Assembly (NCBI GenBank): GCA_963667175.2
Contig: CAXXXF010000012.1
Coordinates: 1 to 64,000 of the forward strand
Origin: Candidatus Latescibacterota bacterium
GTDB taxonomy: Bacteria; Latescibacterota; UBA2968; GCA-2709665
Length of the DNA stretch: 64,000 nucleotides
Direction: 5' to 3'
Shown: in pieces, positions 21,401-30,526 of the stretch
How the letters are laid out: the number at the start of each line of letters is the position of its first letter
Position numbering within the stretch: the first letter of the stretch is position 1
Notes under the pieces: generated by a model
What the model saw: the letters and a program-made list of their open reading frames with translations, nothing else
Database searches by the model: none
Told to the model about the DNA's origin: nothing
Made by a program: the position numbers and the translations under genes

Positions 21401-22668
21401 GCGTCGTCATCCCCTGCAAGCAGGTCCACGACGATCGCCTCAGCCTCGTCGATCAGCAGGACAAGGTCGTCGTCGACGGGAGCGTGTTCCGACAGGTGAC
21501 TGCGATAACGGCGGTGCTCATAAAGGTCGCCAAGCCCATTGCGAAGACGGTCCAGCAACTCGGCGTTGTCCTTTGCAAGATCAACGGTCTTGAGCACTTC
21601 GGCCAGGAAGTCGGCGCCTTCTACGCGCTCCTCCCGGTTGAACGGCGCCGCCGTCTCGTCCTCGATGCGCTCACACCACGCGAACGGAGAACGCTCCGCC
21701 CACTCATCATTTACCTTACTCATCAGATCCTCGATGACCCGAGGCTGCCGCAACGAAGCGTGGATACCGCCCCGTCCCGCCAGCCTGATCCTCAGCACGA
21801 CCGACCGTCCGTCCGATTCTGCCAGCGCGTCCTGAATGCGCTGGTGGAGTCCTTCGATCAGGTCCGGTACCGTGTCTGTTCGGGAGACGTCCAGGTCGGC
21901 CTGCGCCCACCGCACCGTGTCCACGGCCCTGAAGTCCAGGCGGACGTCTCTTCCCTCATCCACGTCGACCACGTAGACGCCGCGCGCGCCTGCTTCGTTC
22001 GGATGCCTTCCCTGCGGATTGCCCGGATACACCACGGTCGGGGTCCGTTCGCTGAGGACCTGCCTGCTATGCACGTGTCCGAGCGCCCAGTAGTCTATTT
22101 CGGACCTTTCAAGATCGTCGAGGGAGCAGGGCGCGTAGTTCTCGTGGGCGGCGTCGCTACCTACATTCGCGTGCAGGAGACCGATGGAGAACGTCTCGGG
22201 ATCTCCCTTGCCCAAACTCGGCACGAGGTTTTCGGCGGCGTCGCCCGTCGCATAGCTGATCCCATGCACGACGCCGCGGCCCGGATCTTCCTCGAGAATC
22301 GGTACGACCTCGGCCTCCTTCAGAAAGCGCGTACAGCTTTTCGGATAAACCAGGCGCGCCTCCCATCCGTCAAGCGGATCGTGATTGCCGTGGCAGATGA
22401 AAGAACGGATACCGGCCTCGTCGAGCCGTCTCAACCCCTCTACGAACCTGAGTTGGGCGCGCAAACTCCGATCGGCAGCGTCGTAAACGTCGCCCGCGAC
22501 CAGCAGCGCGTCGACCTGTTCGTCGATGCACAGGTCGATGATGTTCTCGTAGGCGCTGAACGTGGCATCCCGCAACGCGCTCGCCACGTTGTCGGCGACG
22601 GCCTTCAAGCCGACAAAGGGGCTGTCCAGATGCAGGTCAGCGGCATGTACGAAACGGAGAATGGACAT
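21397..22668 (-). CDS. YhaO-like Mre11/SbcD metallophosphoesterase nuclease
   Basis: ADLHLDSPF, AGDVYD, GNHD, LLH, ALGHVH, YPGNPQGR. Confidence 0.95.
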   Translation of the reverse strand: MSILRFVHAADLHLDSPFVGLKAVADNVASALRDATFSAYENIIDLCIDEQVDALLVAGDVYDAADRSLRAQLRFVEGLRRLDEAGIRSFICHGNHDPLDGWEARLVYPKSCTRFLKEAEVVPILEEDPGRGVVHGISYATGDAAENLVPSLGKGDPETFSIGLLHANVGSDAAHENYAPCSLDDLERSEIDYWALGHVHSRQVLSERTPTVVYPGNPQGRHPNEAGARGVYVVDVDEGRDVRLDFRAVDTVRWAQADLDVSRTDTVPDLIEGLHQRIQDALAESDGRSVVLRIRLAGRGGIHASLRQPRVIEDLMSKVNDEWAERSPFAWCERIEDETAAPFNREERVEGADFLAEVLKTVDLAKDNAELLDRLRNGLGDLYEHRRYRSHLSEHAPVDDDLVLLIDEAEAIVVDLLAGDDDA

Positions 22669-22747
22669 GACCTGTTATTTGGAAGGAATTGACGATTTCT
22701 GCAGGGAACGATGATTGGTTGCCCTGGCGCGTTCTCGCGCTGCAATA

Positions 22748-23170
22748 TCAGGTAAGCTCACGAAGTTTCTCTCGAAAGTAGCGGAAACTGGGCGACGCGT
22801 TGTTGTCCACGTCCATCAGCAGCGCGATTCTCTCGGACCATACGGATTTCTCCCTCCCTACTGCCTGCCAACCACGGTTCTTGAGCGCAGTTGATCCACC
22901 GGTGTATACCGCGTCGGCCAAAACTTCCCATGTGCCGCAGATCGAGTCGTTCTTGTATCCATTCAGCACGTGGTCGTTGCGTTTCGGATATGCTGTCCTG
23001 ACCGCGCCAACGTCTCCGAGAAACCAGGCTTCGCCTTCCTCGATTGCAATACAAAAACGCGTGATCGGTTTTGGATTGCATGCGTTCAAGACCGAGAAGA
23101 GACTCTGACGAAACCTCCTTAGACACCTGTGGTCGAGGTCGCAAACCAGGATCACTGCTGCAGGATGGAA
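22748..23170 (-). pseudogene. DUF4276-like protein fragment, N-terminus missing
   Basis: CDLD, FCIAIEEGEAWFLGD, DSICGTWE, SPSF; no start codon or RBS. Confidence 0.7.
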
Positions 23171-23187
23171 TGTTCAGGCAGTCTATC

Positions 23188-23385
23188 TCATTGGCGCGGC
23201 TTTTCCGCCGCTCCTGGCCCACCCTGCTCGGCGGTTCGCCTCAGGGCGCTCAGATCCACAACTTGCCGACCCGCCGACCGATGTCTGGTTTTGAGATGGG
23301 CAACCAGGGACTCGATATCATAGTCATGTTCCCGGGCGATGCTGTCTTTGATCTGCCAGAGTTCCTTGATGATTTGGTCAGACAT
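23188..23385 (-). CDS. Small partner of the PIN gene (putative antitoxin)
   Basis: MSDQIIKELWQIKDSIAREHDYDI; overlaps the PIN stop codon. Confidence 0.75.
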   Translation of the reverse strand: MSDQIIKELWQIKDSIAREHDYDIESLVAHLKTRHRSAGRQVVDLSALRRTAEQGGPGAAEKPRQ

Positions 23386-23872
23386 CTTCAGCTACTCCCA
23401 TAAGTTCTTGAGGGGTGCATATTTCGGGACTGGTATGCTCGTGTATGCTGCAAATGCTGCGCACGATGGGTTTGGTTTCGGCATTATCAAGATGCCGACA
23501 GTTCCACGTCAGAAGATAATCGATGCCGTGAACTGCGGATACGGCAATATGCAGGGCATCGTCCAGGGCCCCGGCAGGCAGGGCTTGACCCTGGAGAAGA
23601 ACTTTGGACAACGTGACGACGCTTCTCGTTATGGGCAATATGGGAATGCCGGATAAAGCTTCAAGACGTCGTGCCGCCGCTTCTGGGTTGCCCTTTCCAG
23701 CCTCTTCAAGTGCAACATCAGAGGTGTAGAGATTGAATCGGTTACTCTGTGTTGACCACCACTCAACCGTGGTCATTTGCCAGGCAGACGCCAGCAGATC
23801 CCTCGTAGGTCGAGCCGTCAAGTATGACACGATCGAGGTCTCGATATATACCGTTTTTTTATTTATTGCCAT
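23378..23872 (-). CDS. PIN-domain (VapC-like) toxin
   Basis: VYIETSIVSYL, DALHIA, LLTWNCRH, PEICTP. Confidence 0.88.
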   Translation of the reverse strand: MAINKKTVYIETSIVSYLTARPTRDLLASAWQMTTVEWWSTQSNRFNLYTSDVALEEAGKGNPEAAARRLEALSGIPILPITRSVVTLSKVLLQGQALPAGALDDALHIAVSAVHGIDYLLTWNCRHLDNAETKPIVRSICSIHEHTSPEICTPQELMGVAEDV

Positions 23873-23929
23873 CAGTTGTCTTCCGATAGCCGAACCTGTT
23901 CGCAGTATTCGTCATGCAGTACAGACATC

Positions 23930-24060
23930 AACTTGCCCGGGATGTCTCCTCTGATGAAAATCTCAATACGGGGCATTTTCACGACTGCCTGCACAATAGA
24001 CCTCGATCGTTTTCGTATTTCTCCTGTATGACCAACAGACTACCCAGCTACGTGTGAGAT
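23930..24060 (-). pseudogene. Partial duplicate of the RelE-like/HTH gene junction
   Basis: Aligns by eye with 27160-27275 (TCTCAATACGGGGC.TTTTCACGACTGCCTGCA.AATAGACCTCGATCG...CAGACTACCCAGCTACGTGTGAG). Confidence 0.85.
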
Positions 24061-24067
24061 TGCGTCG

Positions 24068-24454
24068 CTACCAGATTCGGTTAACGCCATATTGATCGAA
24101 TAAAGTCTCTATCGAAACAAGCGGGACATCGAAGGTGAGGGCTTGAGCGATCAGCATCCGGTCAAAGGGGTCGCGATGCGATCCCGGCAGTCGACCGGCG
24201 CGTTCGCCGTTACGGACGGTAATGGGCAACTCCTGAAATCCCTGGCCCGCAATGCAGCCGGCGACGTCATGCACGACCACTTCGGCACCCGGGAGCTTCC
24301 CGAGGCGATGCTTCGTTGCGATCTCCCAGGCTGACGCCGCACTGATGAGGATATCGTTACCCGGGGTGGCGATTGCATCGTGGGCAACCCCAGACAGACG
24401 ATCGCTGCCGGCGAGCCACCATAGGAAGGCATGGGTGTCGAGTAGAATGCGCAC
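24068..24454 (-). CDS. VapC toxin (PIN)
   Basis: RILLDTHAFLWW, SAWEI..K, HRDPFDRMLIAQA. Confidence 0.93.
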   Translation of the reverse strand: MRILLDTHAFLWWLAGSDRLSGVAHDAIATPGNDILISAASAWEIATKHRLGKLPGAEVVVHDVAGCIAGQGFQELPITVRNGERAGRLPGSHRDPFDRMLIAQALTFDVPLVSIETLFDQYGVNRIW

Positions 24455-24458
24455 GCAA

Positions 24459-24692
24459 TCACCCCTCCCAGGCGGCCAGTTCGTCTTCCGGAAGTGGGTC
24501 GAAGAAACTGTCGTCAACCACAACCAGACCCTTCATGGCGCCAAATCGCCGGATTCCGGGACGATTTTCGCATAGTACGAGCCTTACGACCGGCTCGCCA
24601 TCACGGGCAATGACGACCTCTTCACCCGCCTCCGCCCGCGCCAGGAGGCGGGAAAGCTGTGTCTTAGCCTCATGTACATTGAATACTGACAT
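24459..24692 (-). CDS. Phd/YefM-family antitoxin
   Basis: NVHEAKTQLSRLL, GEEVVIAR, FFDPLPEDEL. Confidence 0.93.
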   Translation of the reverse strand: MSVFNVHEAKTQLSRLLARAEAGEEVVIARDGEPVVRLVLCENRPGIRRFGAMKGLVVVDDSFFDPLPEDELAAWEG

Positions 24693-24836
24693 CGTGGAGC
24701 ACCCTCATTCGTGGCATAATAATTCTGCTTAGCTAAATATATAGCTAAGCAGGGTTCGCGTCAAGTGCGCACCATGTGATGGCGTCAGTTTCGCCCTTTT
24801 TCTCCTCGTCGCGCCCAGATTCGCAGGCGACGCGGC

Positions 24837-24896
24837 TCAGATCGGGAAATACGCCACGAGAAGTCTCGACACGGACTCGTCAAACAACAGCTTCAT
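24837..24896 (-). pseudogene. Truncated DUF5615-type PIN toxin
   Basis: MKLLFDESVSRLLVAYFPI* overlaps the DUF433 3' end and stops after 19 codons. Confidence 0.65.
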
Positions 24897-25104
24897 CCGG
24901 ATCTCCCGTCAGCGCCATCTTCGCGGTTTTGAGGACTTCAATCGCCTGGTCGCGTGTCACCGTGGGGAAGCTGTTCAGGAAATCGTCGAGACGGTCCCCT
25001 GCCTCCAGATATTCCATCAGAATACGTACTGGTACCCTCGTTCCGGAGAATACTGGGGCGCCTCCGAGAATGTCGGGATTTCGGTTGATCGCCTTGCTGT
25101 ACAT
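24880..25104 (-). CDS. DUF433 antitoxin-like protein
   Basis: PDILGGAPVFSGTRVPV, FP.V. Confidence 0.92.
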   Translation of the reverse strand: MYSKAINRNPDILGGAPVFSGTRVPVRILMEYLEAGDRLDDFLNSFPTVTRDQAIEVLKTAKMALTGDPDEAVV

Positions 25105-25139
25105 GGATTCACCTCAATCGTTCCACCCGCGCTGAATAC

Positions 25140-25320
25140 TCAGGTAAGTTCACGAAGCTTCTCTCGAAAATAGCAGAAACTGGGCGACGCGTTGTTTTCC
25201 ACGTCCATCAGGGGCGCGATTCTCTCGGACCATACGGATTTTTCCCTCCCTACTTCCTGCCAACCACGGTTCTTGAGTGCATTAGACCCGCCGGTGTATA
25301 CCGCGTCGGCCAAGACCTCG
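25140..25320 (-). pseudogene. Second DUF4276-like C-terminal fragment
   Basis: Near-identical to 22748-22925 (EVLADAVYTGGS...REKLRELT*). Confidence 0.8.
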
Positions 25321-26608
25321 CGTCCAGATAGTCGCTGAACCAGAGGCCGCCCAGTGGCAAACCTTCCTCGACCATGTTGTTCACGATCGGATCGTCGCTC
25401 GCCCTGCGAATCGTTGAGAATCCATCCGTTCCCTTCTCCAGGATCCAAACTTCATCTGGCTCTAAGGCATCGACGAAGTAGGGTTGGTGCGTGGTCACAA
25501 AGACCTGAGATCCGCTTCGTGGGTTCCTGGCGTGTTCACGGAATTCGCTCGCCAGAGTTTCAAGGAGCTTGTGATACAGGCCGTTTTCAGGCTCTTCTAT
25601 ACACAAAAATGGAGGCGGGCCAGGATCTTCAAGGAGCAACAAATAGGCGAAAGCCTTCAGCGTTCCATCGGACATCTGCTGGGCGTAAAACGGATCCTGA
25701 AAACCCTTATCGTTGAATCGAATCAGCAACCGCCCGTCATTCGACCTTTCTGTGTCGATCCTTTCGATACCCGGAATTTTGTCTGCAATCCCTTTCAAGA
25801 TGGACTCAAACCGCTGAGGGTGTTCGCGTTCCATGAATTGAACGACGTTGCCAAGATTGTCGCCGTGGATGCTGAGACGGCTCTGGGGTCCGGCCAGCGG
25901 CAGACTGCGTGCCGCGTCGGGCGTGAAGTAGCTGAGATACCATCCCTCGATAAAACGCCTGAAGGCGGAGATTCTGGGATGTTGCTTCAGGGCGCCTAAA
26001 GTCGCTATGCCAAGCCTGCGTCGATCTTCCAGTTCGATAATCTGGGCGTCTTTGAACTCTACAGCTTCTTTCTCCTCCAAAATCGAATTTGCTAACGACA
26101 TAGCAACCTCGGAGAGAACGAAGCCTTCCTTTGTTTTATTGACCGGACTACCTGCCTCGTGTCCCTTCCAGACCACGCCTTTGCCTCGACTGAGCAACAA
26201 GAACGAAAGTGGTGGGCTATTTCCCGTGTCCTCCTCCATAATTTCACACAATACAAAAGGCCGTCCGTACTTGTCCGCCTCGATCGCGATTTCATAGGTA
26301 ATCGGACGCGAGTTTCCGTGTTCCCTGTAATACACCTCGAATTCTATAGGGCCAGTTTCTCCCTGCGTCAGCATCTTCTCGAATCCACCGCGCCCTTGAG
26401 CGTCGCAGGCTTCCTCGACGCCGTTCTTGAGGGCGTCAGCGAGAAATCCGAACGCATCGAAAAGGACGCTCTTTCCAACCCCATTGCGCCCAATTACCGC
26501 TGTCATCGGAGTTAGCGGTTGGTTTCCCTGTTGGTTCCAAAGGCGGCCCAGTGTGACATCCTTGAGCACTTTGAAGTTCTTGACCCTGAAACCTTCTATC
26601 CTGGGCAT
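25250..26608 (-). CDS. ABC-type (AAA_21) ATPase; natural end about 25320, reads into the DUF4276 fragment
   Basis: GRNGVGKS, MSDGT, IEEPENGL, TTH, WFSDYLDAR. Confidence 0.9.
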   Translation of the reverse strand: MPRIEGFRVKNFKVLKDVTLGRLWNQQGNQPLTPMTAVIGRNGVGKSVLFDAFGFLADALKNGVEEACDAQGRGGFEKMLTQGETGPIEFEVYYREHGNSRPITYEIAIEADKYGRPFVLCEIMEEDTGNSPPLSFLLLSRGKGVVWKGHEAGSPVNKTKEGFVLSEVAMSLANSILEEKEAVEFKDAQIIELEDRRRLGIATLGALKQHPRISAFRRFIEGWYLSYFTPDAARSLPLAGPQSRLSIHGDNLGNVVQFMEREHPQRFESILKGIADKIPGIERIDTERSNDGRLLIRFNDKGFQDPFYAQQMSDGTLKAFAYLLLLEDPGPPPFLCIEEPENGLYHKLLETLASEFREHARNPRSGSQVFVTTHQPYFVDALEPDEVWILEKGTDGFSTIRRASDDPIVNNMVEEGLPLGGLWFSDYLDARSWPTRYTPAGLMHSRTVVGRK

Positions 26609-26842
26609 TTTTCGGTCCTCGTTTGAGATGCTTTAAGTAACCGTGTATACACCAAATGGAAGAGCGCGTCATCTCCATAAACAATGCGTCTATAGCGTTC
26701 CCTTCGCCCCGGAGTTGCTCGTTCAGCGCCTTTCCCGTATGGTCAATCGCCGGTGCGCAAAAAACGGAATCCACCGACATGACGATTGAATAAAACGGTC
26801 ATTTTCTTCATTTCGTTGAAAGTATTTCCGTTACGTCGATAG

Positions 26843-27211
26843 TCAAATGAACTTGTCAGGGGACACGCGGAAAATTTCTGCCAACTTTCGAGCGGTTTTC
26901 AGACTGATCGATCTGACTTCCCGTTCCATATTCGAGATATGCTGGCGGGGAACACCGCCGAGCATCTCGCCAAGCCTTGTCTGAGTCAATCCGTGATTCT
27001 CCCTGTATATCCTCAGATTGCCGCCTGGTGTCATTCCCGATTTGACGCTCCGGTACCATTCGGTCTCGAATATATCGACGAGTTCGTCGTCTTTGTCTTT
27101 CGATAACCGAACCTGTCCGCCGTACTCCTCATTCAATACGGACAGCAGCCTTGCGGGAATCTCCCCCTTAATAAAGATCTCAATACGGGGCGTTTTCACG
27201 ACTGCCTGCAT
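26843..27211 (-). CDS. XRE-family HTH protein (antitoxin)
   Basis: LRIYRENHGLTQ..LG......QHISNME...ARKLA. Confidence 0.88.
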   Translation of the reverse strand: MQAVVKTPRIEIFIKGEIPARLLSVLNEEYGGQVRLSKDKDDELVDIFETEWYRSVKSGMTPGGNLRIYRENHGLTQTRLGEMLGGVPRQHISNMEREVRSISLKTARKLAEIFRVSPDKFI

Positions 27212-27443
27212 AATAGACCTCGATCGTCTTAACATCTCTCCTGTATGTCCAGCAGACTACCCAGCTACGTGTGAGGTGGCAGTGGTACATGTCTGTATAC
27301 AGCTTGCCATAGTTGGGCCAGTTGTTTCGGATCGGCCCGTAATCCCGCAGTTCCTCGACAAGGTTGGCTACCCTGCGTTGAATCGAATCTGGTAGCCTCT
27401 GAATCCGCCGCAATACGCTTCTCCTTATCAGGATTCGATACAT
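27180..27443 (-). CDS. RelE-like toxin
   Basis: Basic 87-aa ORF with WPNYGKL, YHCHL, IEVYYAGSRENAPY, upstream of the HTH gene. Confidence 0.78.
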   Translation of the reverse strand: MYRILIRRSVLRRIQRLPDSIQRRVANLVEELRDYGPIRNNWPNYGKLYTDMYHCHLTRSWVVCWTYRRDVKTIEVYYAGSRENAPY

Positions 27444-27545
27444 CGAATGTAACCATTAAATAGTTACATGTCAATCGAAAGTCGTCTACCAATCCAGCAT
27501 TGTCTTCTCGTTTCTGTTTGGCTTCCGACGCAGACGAAAACTCGT

Positions 27546-27560
27546 GCAATCCGCGTGCCA
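27546..27560 (-). promoter_or_regulatory. sigma54 promoter, copy 1
   Basis: TGGCACG-CGGA-TTGC, exact -24/-12 consensus. Confidence 0.78.
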
Positions 27561-27685
27561 TCGTCCACTCATGCGCAGTTTCAGGTTCCGGGCGTCGCAA
27601 CGAACCAAATGGGCGTCCATGCTTTCGGTCACTTAATACATTACTCCCTACGTATTCTCAGGTGCTTACAACATAGCTCAGGGGT

Positions 27686-27725
27686 TTTGTGGTTTCAAGA
27701 ATCTCCTTGTGATTGATACCCACAA
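27686..27725. promoter_or_regulatory. Conserved upstream motif, copy 1 (putative enhancer or recombination site)
   Basis: TTTGTGGTTTCAAGAATCTCCTTGTGATTGATACC, similar to 51365-51405 and 55439-55482. Confidence 0.55.
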
Positions 27726-27744
27726 ACCCGATTACGATCACGGC

Positions 27745-27815
27745 CGCAATGACTTCGACCGCCGGGACGGAAAACTTCCAGGCGGTCGATAGGGAACAGC
27801 GAATCATCAATCCCC
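27745..27815 (-). pseudogene. Remnant of a GGCT gene
   Basis: GACTTCGACCGCCGGGACGGAAAACTTCCAGGCGGTCGAT versus GACTTCGACCGCCGGGGCGGAAGCCTTCCAGGCGGTCGAT at about 55662-55701. Confidence 0.75.
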
Positions 27816-27823
27816 AACGCAGT

Positions 27824-28771
27824 CTACGGGGTGGCCAACCGCCTTATTCCAACCACCTCGATCGGATCTCCTTCCTGCTTAAAACCTGCCGGTGAATCCC
27901 CACCATATTGAGACCAGCGAAGATCATAATGGTGACGATCCATCAATGCGAGATCGTCCGTAGCACTTTCCCCTTCCTTTCCTTCGTCTAGGCCGGCACC
28001 AAAGTAAATGCCGCCTCGTTCTGTAAGAATGTATCGATTGTGCAGGCTTTCGCCGCCTGGTTTCTGGCTCAGACGGCGTACAAAGACTCGCACTCCTTGT
28101 GGAACCGATCGACAAAACACCTTCGTGCATTTTCCTCGGAAGAATTCTTCAGTACACTCGTACTTTGTCGACGCATGTATTTCAATACGCTCAGGTTCGT
28201 CGCCGGGACGAGAGTGAACCAGTCGATCCAAAAAAGCCCTAAACGAACGTAAATAACGTTGTTCACCTGGGGCAAAATAGGGATCTACGAAAATTACTCG
28301 CCTGCTGATTCGGAGCAATGAAGCCACGGCGTCAGCCATAGCCGCGGCCTCTCTTGCGACGACCAAGCTATTGCTCACAGCCCAACGATTGGATTCGCCT
28401 GAATAAAGGTCATCCTCGATTACAACGTGAGGTTGGCACCTGTGGTCGGTTCGAACAACAATAGCGTGGAAGGGACATTTCCGATGTTCGCGCTGGGCGT
28501 TTTCGATCCATCCTCCAACATCCGGCTCCCAGGTATAATTCCTACGTCGTATGGATTGCTCGGATAGGTGATCCAGCAGTACTTCGAGTCGTTTCCTCCT
28601 TAAGTCGCCTCCGCCGCCATAAGCATCCCAAACGAGCCCTCTCCAACGTCTTGGGTACTGCGAAACAACCCGTGCCGTGCCGAATTCAAAGCTCTTCTTG
28701 ATGAAACCACATACTTGGCGATCGGTCCAGGTGGCTACAAGCTCAGGTTCCAATGCGTACTCGTATATCAT
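27824..28771 (-). CDS. Hypothetical protein with a PLD/MIT_C-like nuclease motif
   Basis: FVDPYF and LHNRYILTERGGIYFGAGLD. Confidence 0.65.
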   Translation of the reverse strand: MIYEYALEPELVATWTDRQVCGFIKKSFEFGTARVVSQYPRRWRGLVWDAYGGGGDLRRKRLEVLLDHLSEQSIRRRNYTWEPDVGGWIENAQREHRKCPFHAIVVRTDHRCQPHVVIEDDLYSGESNRWAVSNSLVVAREAAAMADAVASLLRISRRVIFVDPYFAPGEQRYLRSFRAFLDRLVHSRPGDEPERIEIHASTKYECTEEFFRGKCTKVFCRSVPQGVRVFVRRLSQKPGGESLHNRYILTERGGIYFGAGLDEGKEGESATDDLALMDRHHYDLRWSQYGGDSPAGFKQEGDPIEVVGIRRLATP

Positions 28772-28773
28772 TC

Positions 28774-30526
28774 TCAGAAAAGCTCCTCTGCCCGCTCAGC
28801 GAAGAAGCCCCCCGGCCAGGCTCGTTCAAACTCGCCTTCGGCAGTCACCGGAATTTCAGTGACCTCAGTGTTATCGGATCCAGGCTGCACGAAGAGCACC
28901 GCGACGTCGTCCGGATCGACTTCCGAAAAGCCTTCTGGAAGCTCACCATCAGACGTCTCGCGAATTCTTCGAAGGATACGCAGAAGAAGGTGTTCACTGT
29001 GTGTCTCGATGAGGAATGTATTACCGCTTTCGCCCAGTGCTGACTGAAGAAAAACGTCGCCCAGTTCGGCCTGAAGCGCGGGATGGAGGTGAATTTCGGG
29101 TTGCTCGATTGCCAGTAGTTTGTTATTCGAGGCGTAGGCCGAAACTAGAACCGGTAACACCTGGCTCACACCGATTCCCACGTCACGGTGACTAACGGGT
29201 GTACCGGTGCGTTTGTCGATGAGAACAAGCTGTTGAAGGGCTTCCGACCGCGCCGCCAACATCTCCTCCACCCATCGATCAGATAGTTCGCCCTCGTCAC
29301 TCATCGAGGATACGAGTTCCTCAATATCCGGGATCAAATCCTCCTCATCTTCGGGGTCGAGTTCCGCGATCTGCTCAGCAAGTCGGGAAGCCAACACCGA
29401 CAGGTCGACCATCTTGTTCGCATCCATTCCGCCGAGAAGTGACGCGAGAATATCGTGCAACGCCTTGCGGAGCTTTCCTGGCACATCGCGGGACACCAAG
29501 TCTGTCGATAGTAAATCACGCACCTGGAGTTCGTAGGGTGTCTTCAGCCGTTCCGAGTCGCCCAACCACTCATTGACGAGAAAGCGCACTTCCGGATTGT
29601 CACGAACCACGTCCCAGGCGTAGCCCCCGCCTGCGAACCGGTTGGGGTCTTGATGCTGAGAAAAGGCCAGATGTCTGGGCGGATACGATCTTAGCGGGCC
29701 AAGATACCTCAGTCTACGTAATTCATCCTCCAACGCGGCGCCGAGTCCCTCCATCAGATCACGCAACGCCTCAAGCGGTATGAACCCACGCACGACTTTG
29801 TCCCGGACTTCCGCCTGCGCTACGTTCGGCTCAGGCGTTTTTTCGATTCGAGGGAAGAGCCCGTCGCTCCTGGCGGTAATATTGGGTACCAGCAAGTCGA
29901 GCGCTTTTTCATAGGTATCGTAAGCACTTTCGAGGGGCTCCTGCCCGCTGTTCAATTGGTTCAGGCGCTGGCGACACAGATCACGAACGACTTCGGTGGC
30001 CGTGTTCCAGCCGGTCCATGGCCAGGCGTCCATCGGGTCTTGCGCTCATGGACAGCAATAGGGTTCCATCAACATCCAACGCGAATCTCTCCACACGCGT
30101 AACACCTTCTGGCTCGAACGCGCGCACCTTATCCCCAAAGAGAGTCTGCTGCGCACTCTCAAACCCCTTGCCTATTCCCAAATCTACACGAATCCGGCGC
30201 AGTGTACGAAGAGACTCCCCGAAGCGTCGGGTGAGACGTTTCGGATCAAGTTCGAATCCGAGTTCGACCTGGCGGCCCGGATCGCGCCGATGTACGTACT
30301 GCCGGAAACCGCCAAGATCGATTGACTCGCCACCGATACGGGTCCGTTGTACGTCGAGATCTCCGGTCTCGATGGCGTGATGCGCAAGTGCGAGCGCATG
30401 AATCGCGCTCGACTTGCCGGAGCTGTTGGCGCCGTAAATCAGCGTGATCGGCCGCAGTGGAATGCGCTGGGAGGCCGCGAACGCCTTGAAGTTGGCGATA
30501 CTGAAAGCCGTTAAATTCACGTTCAT
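28774..30526 (-). CDS. ABC-type ATPase with DUF3696-like C-terminus, frameshifted near 30010
   Basis: NFKAF and GANSSGKS in ORF 29981-30526; YLGPLR, DVGIGVSQ, IEQPEIHLHP, ETHSEH, WPGGFF in ORF 28774-30033. Confidence 0.88.
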
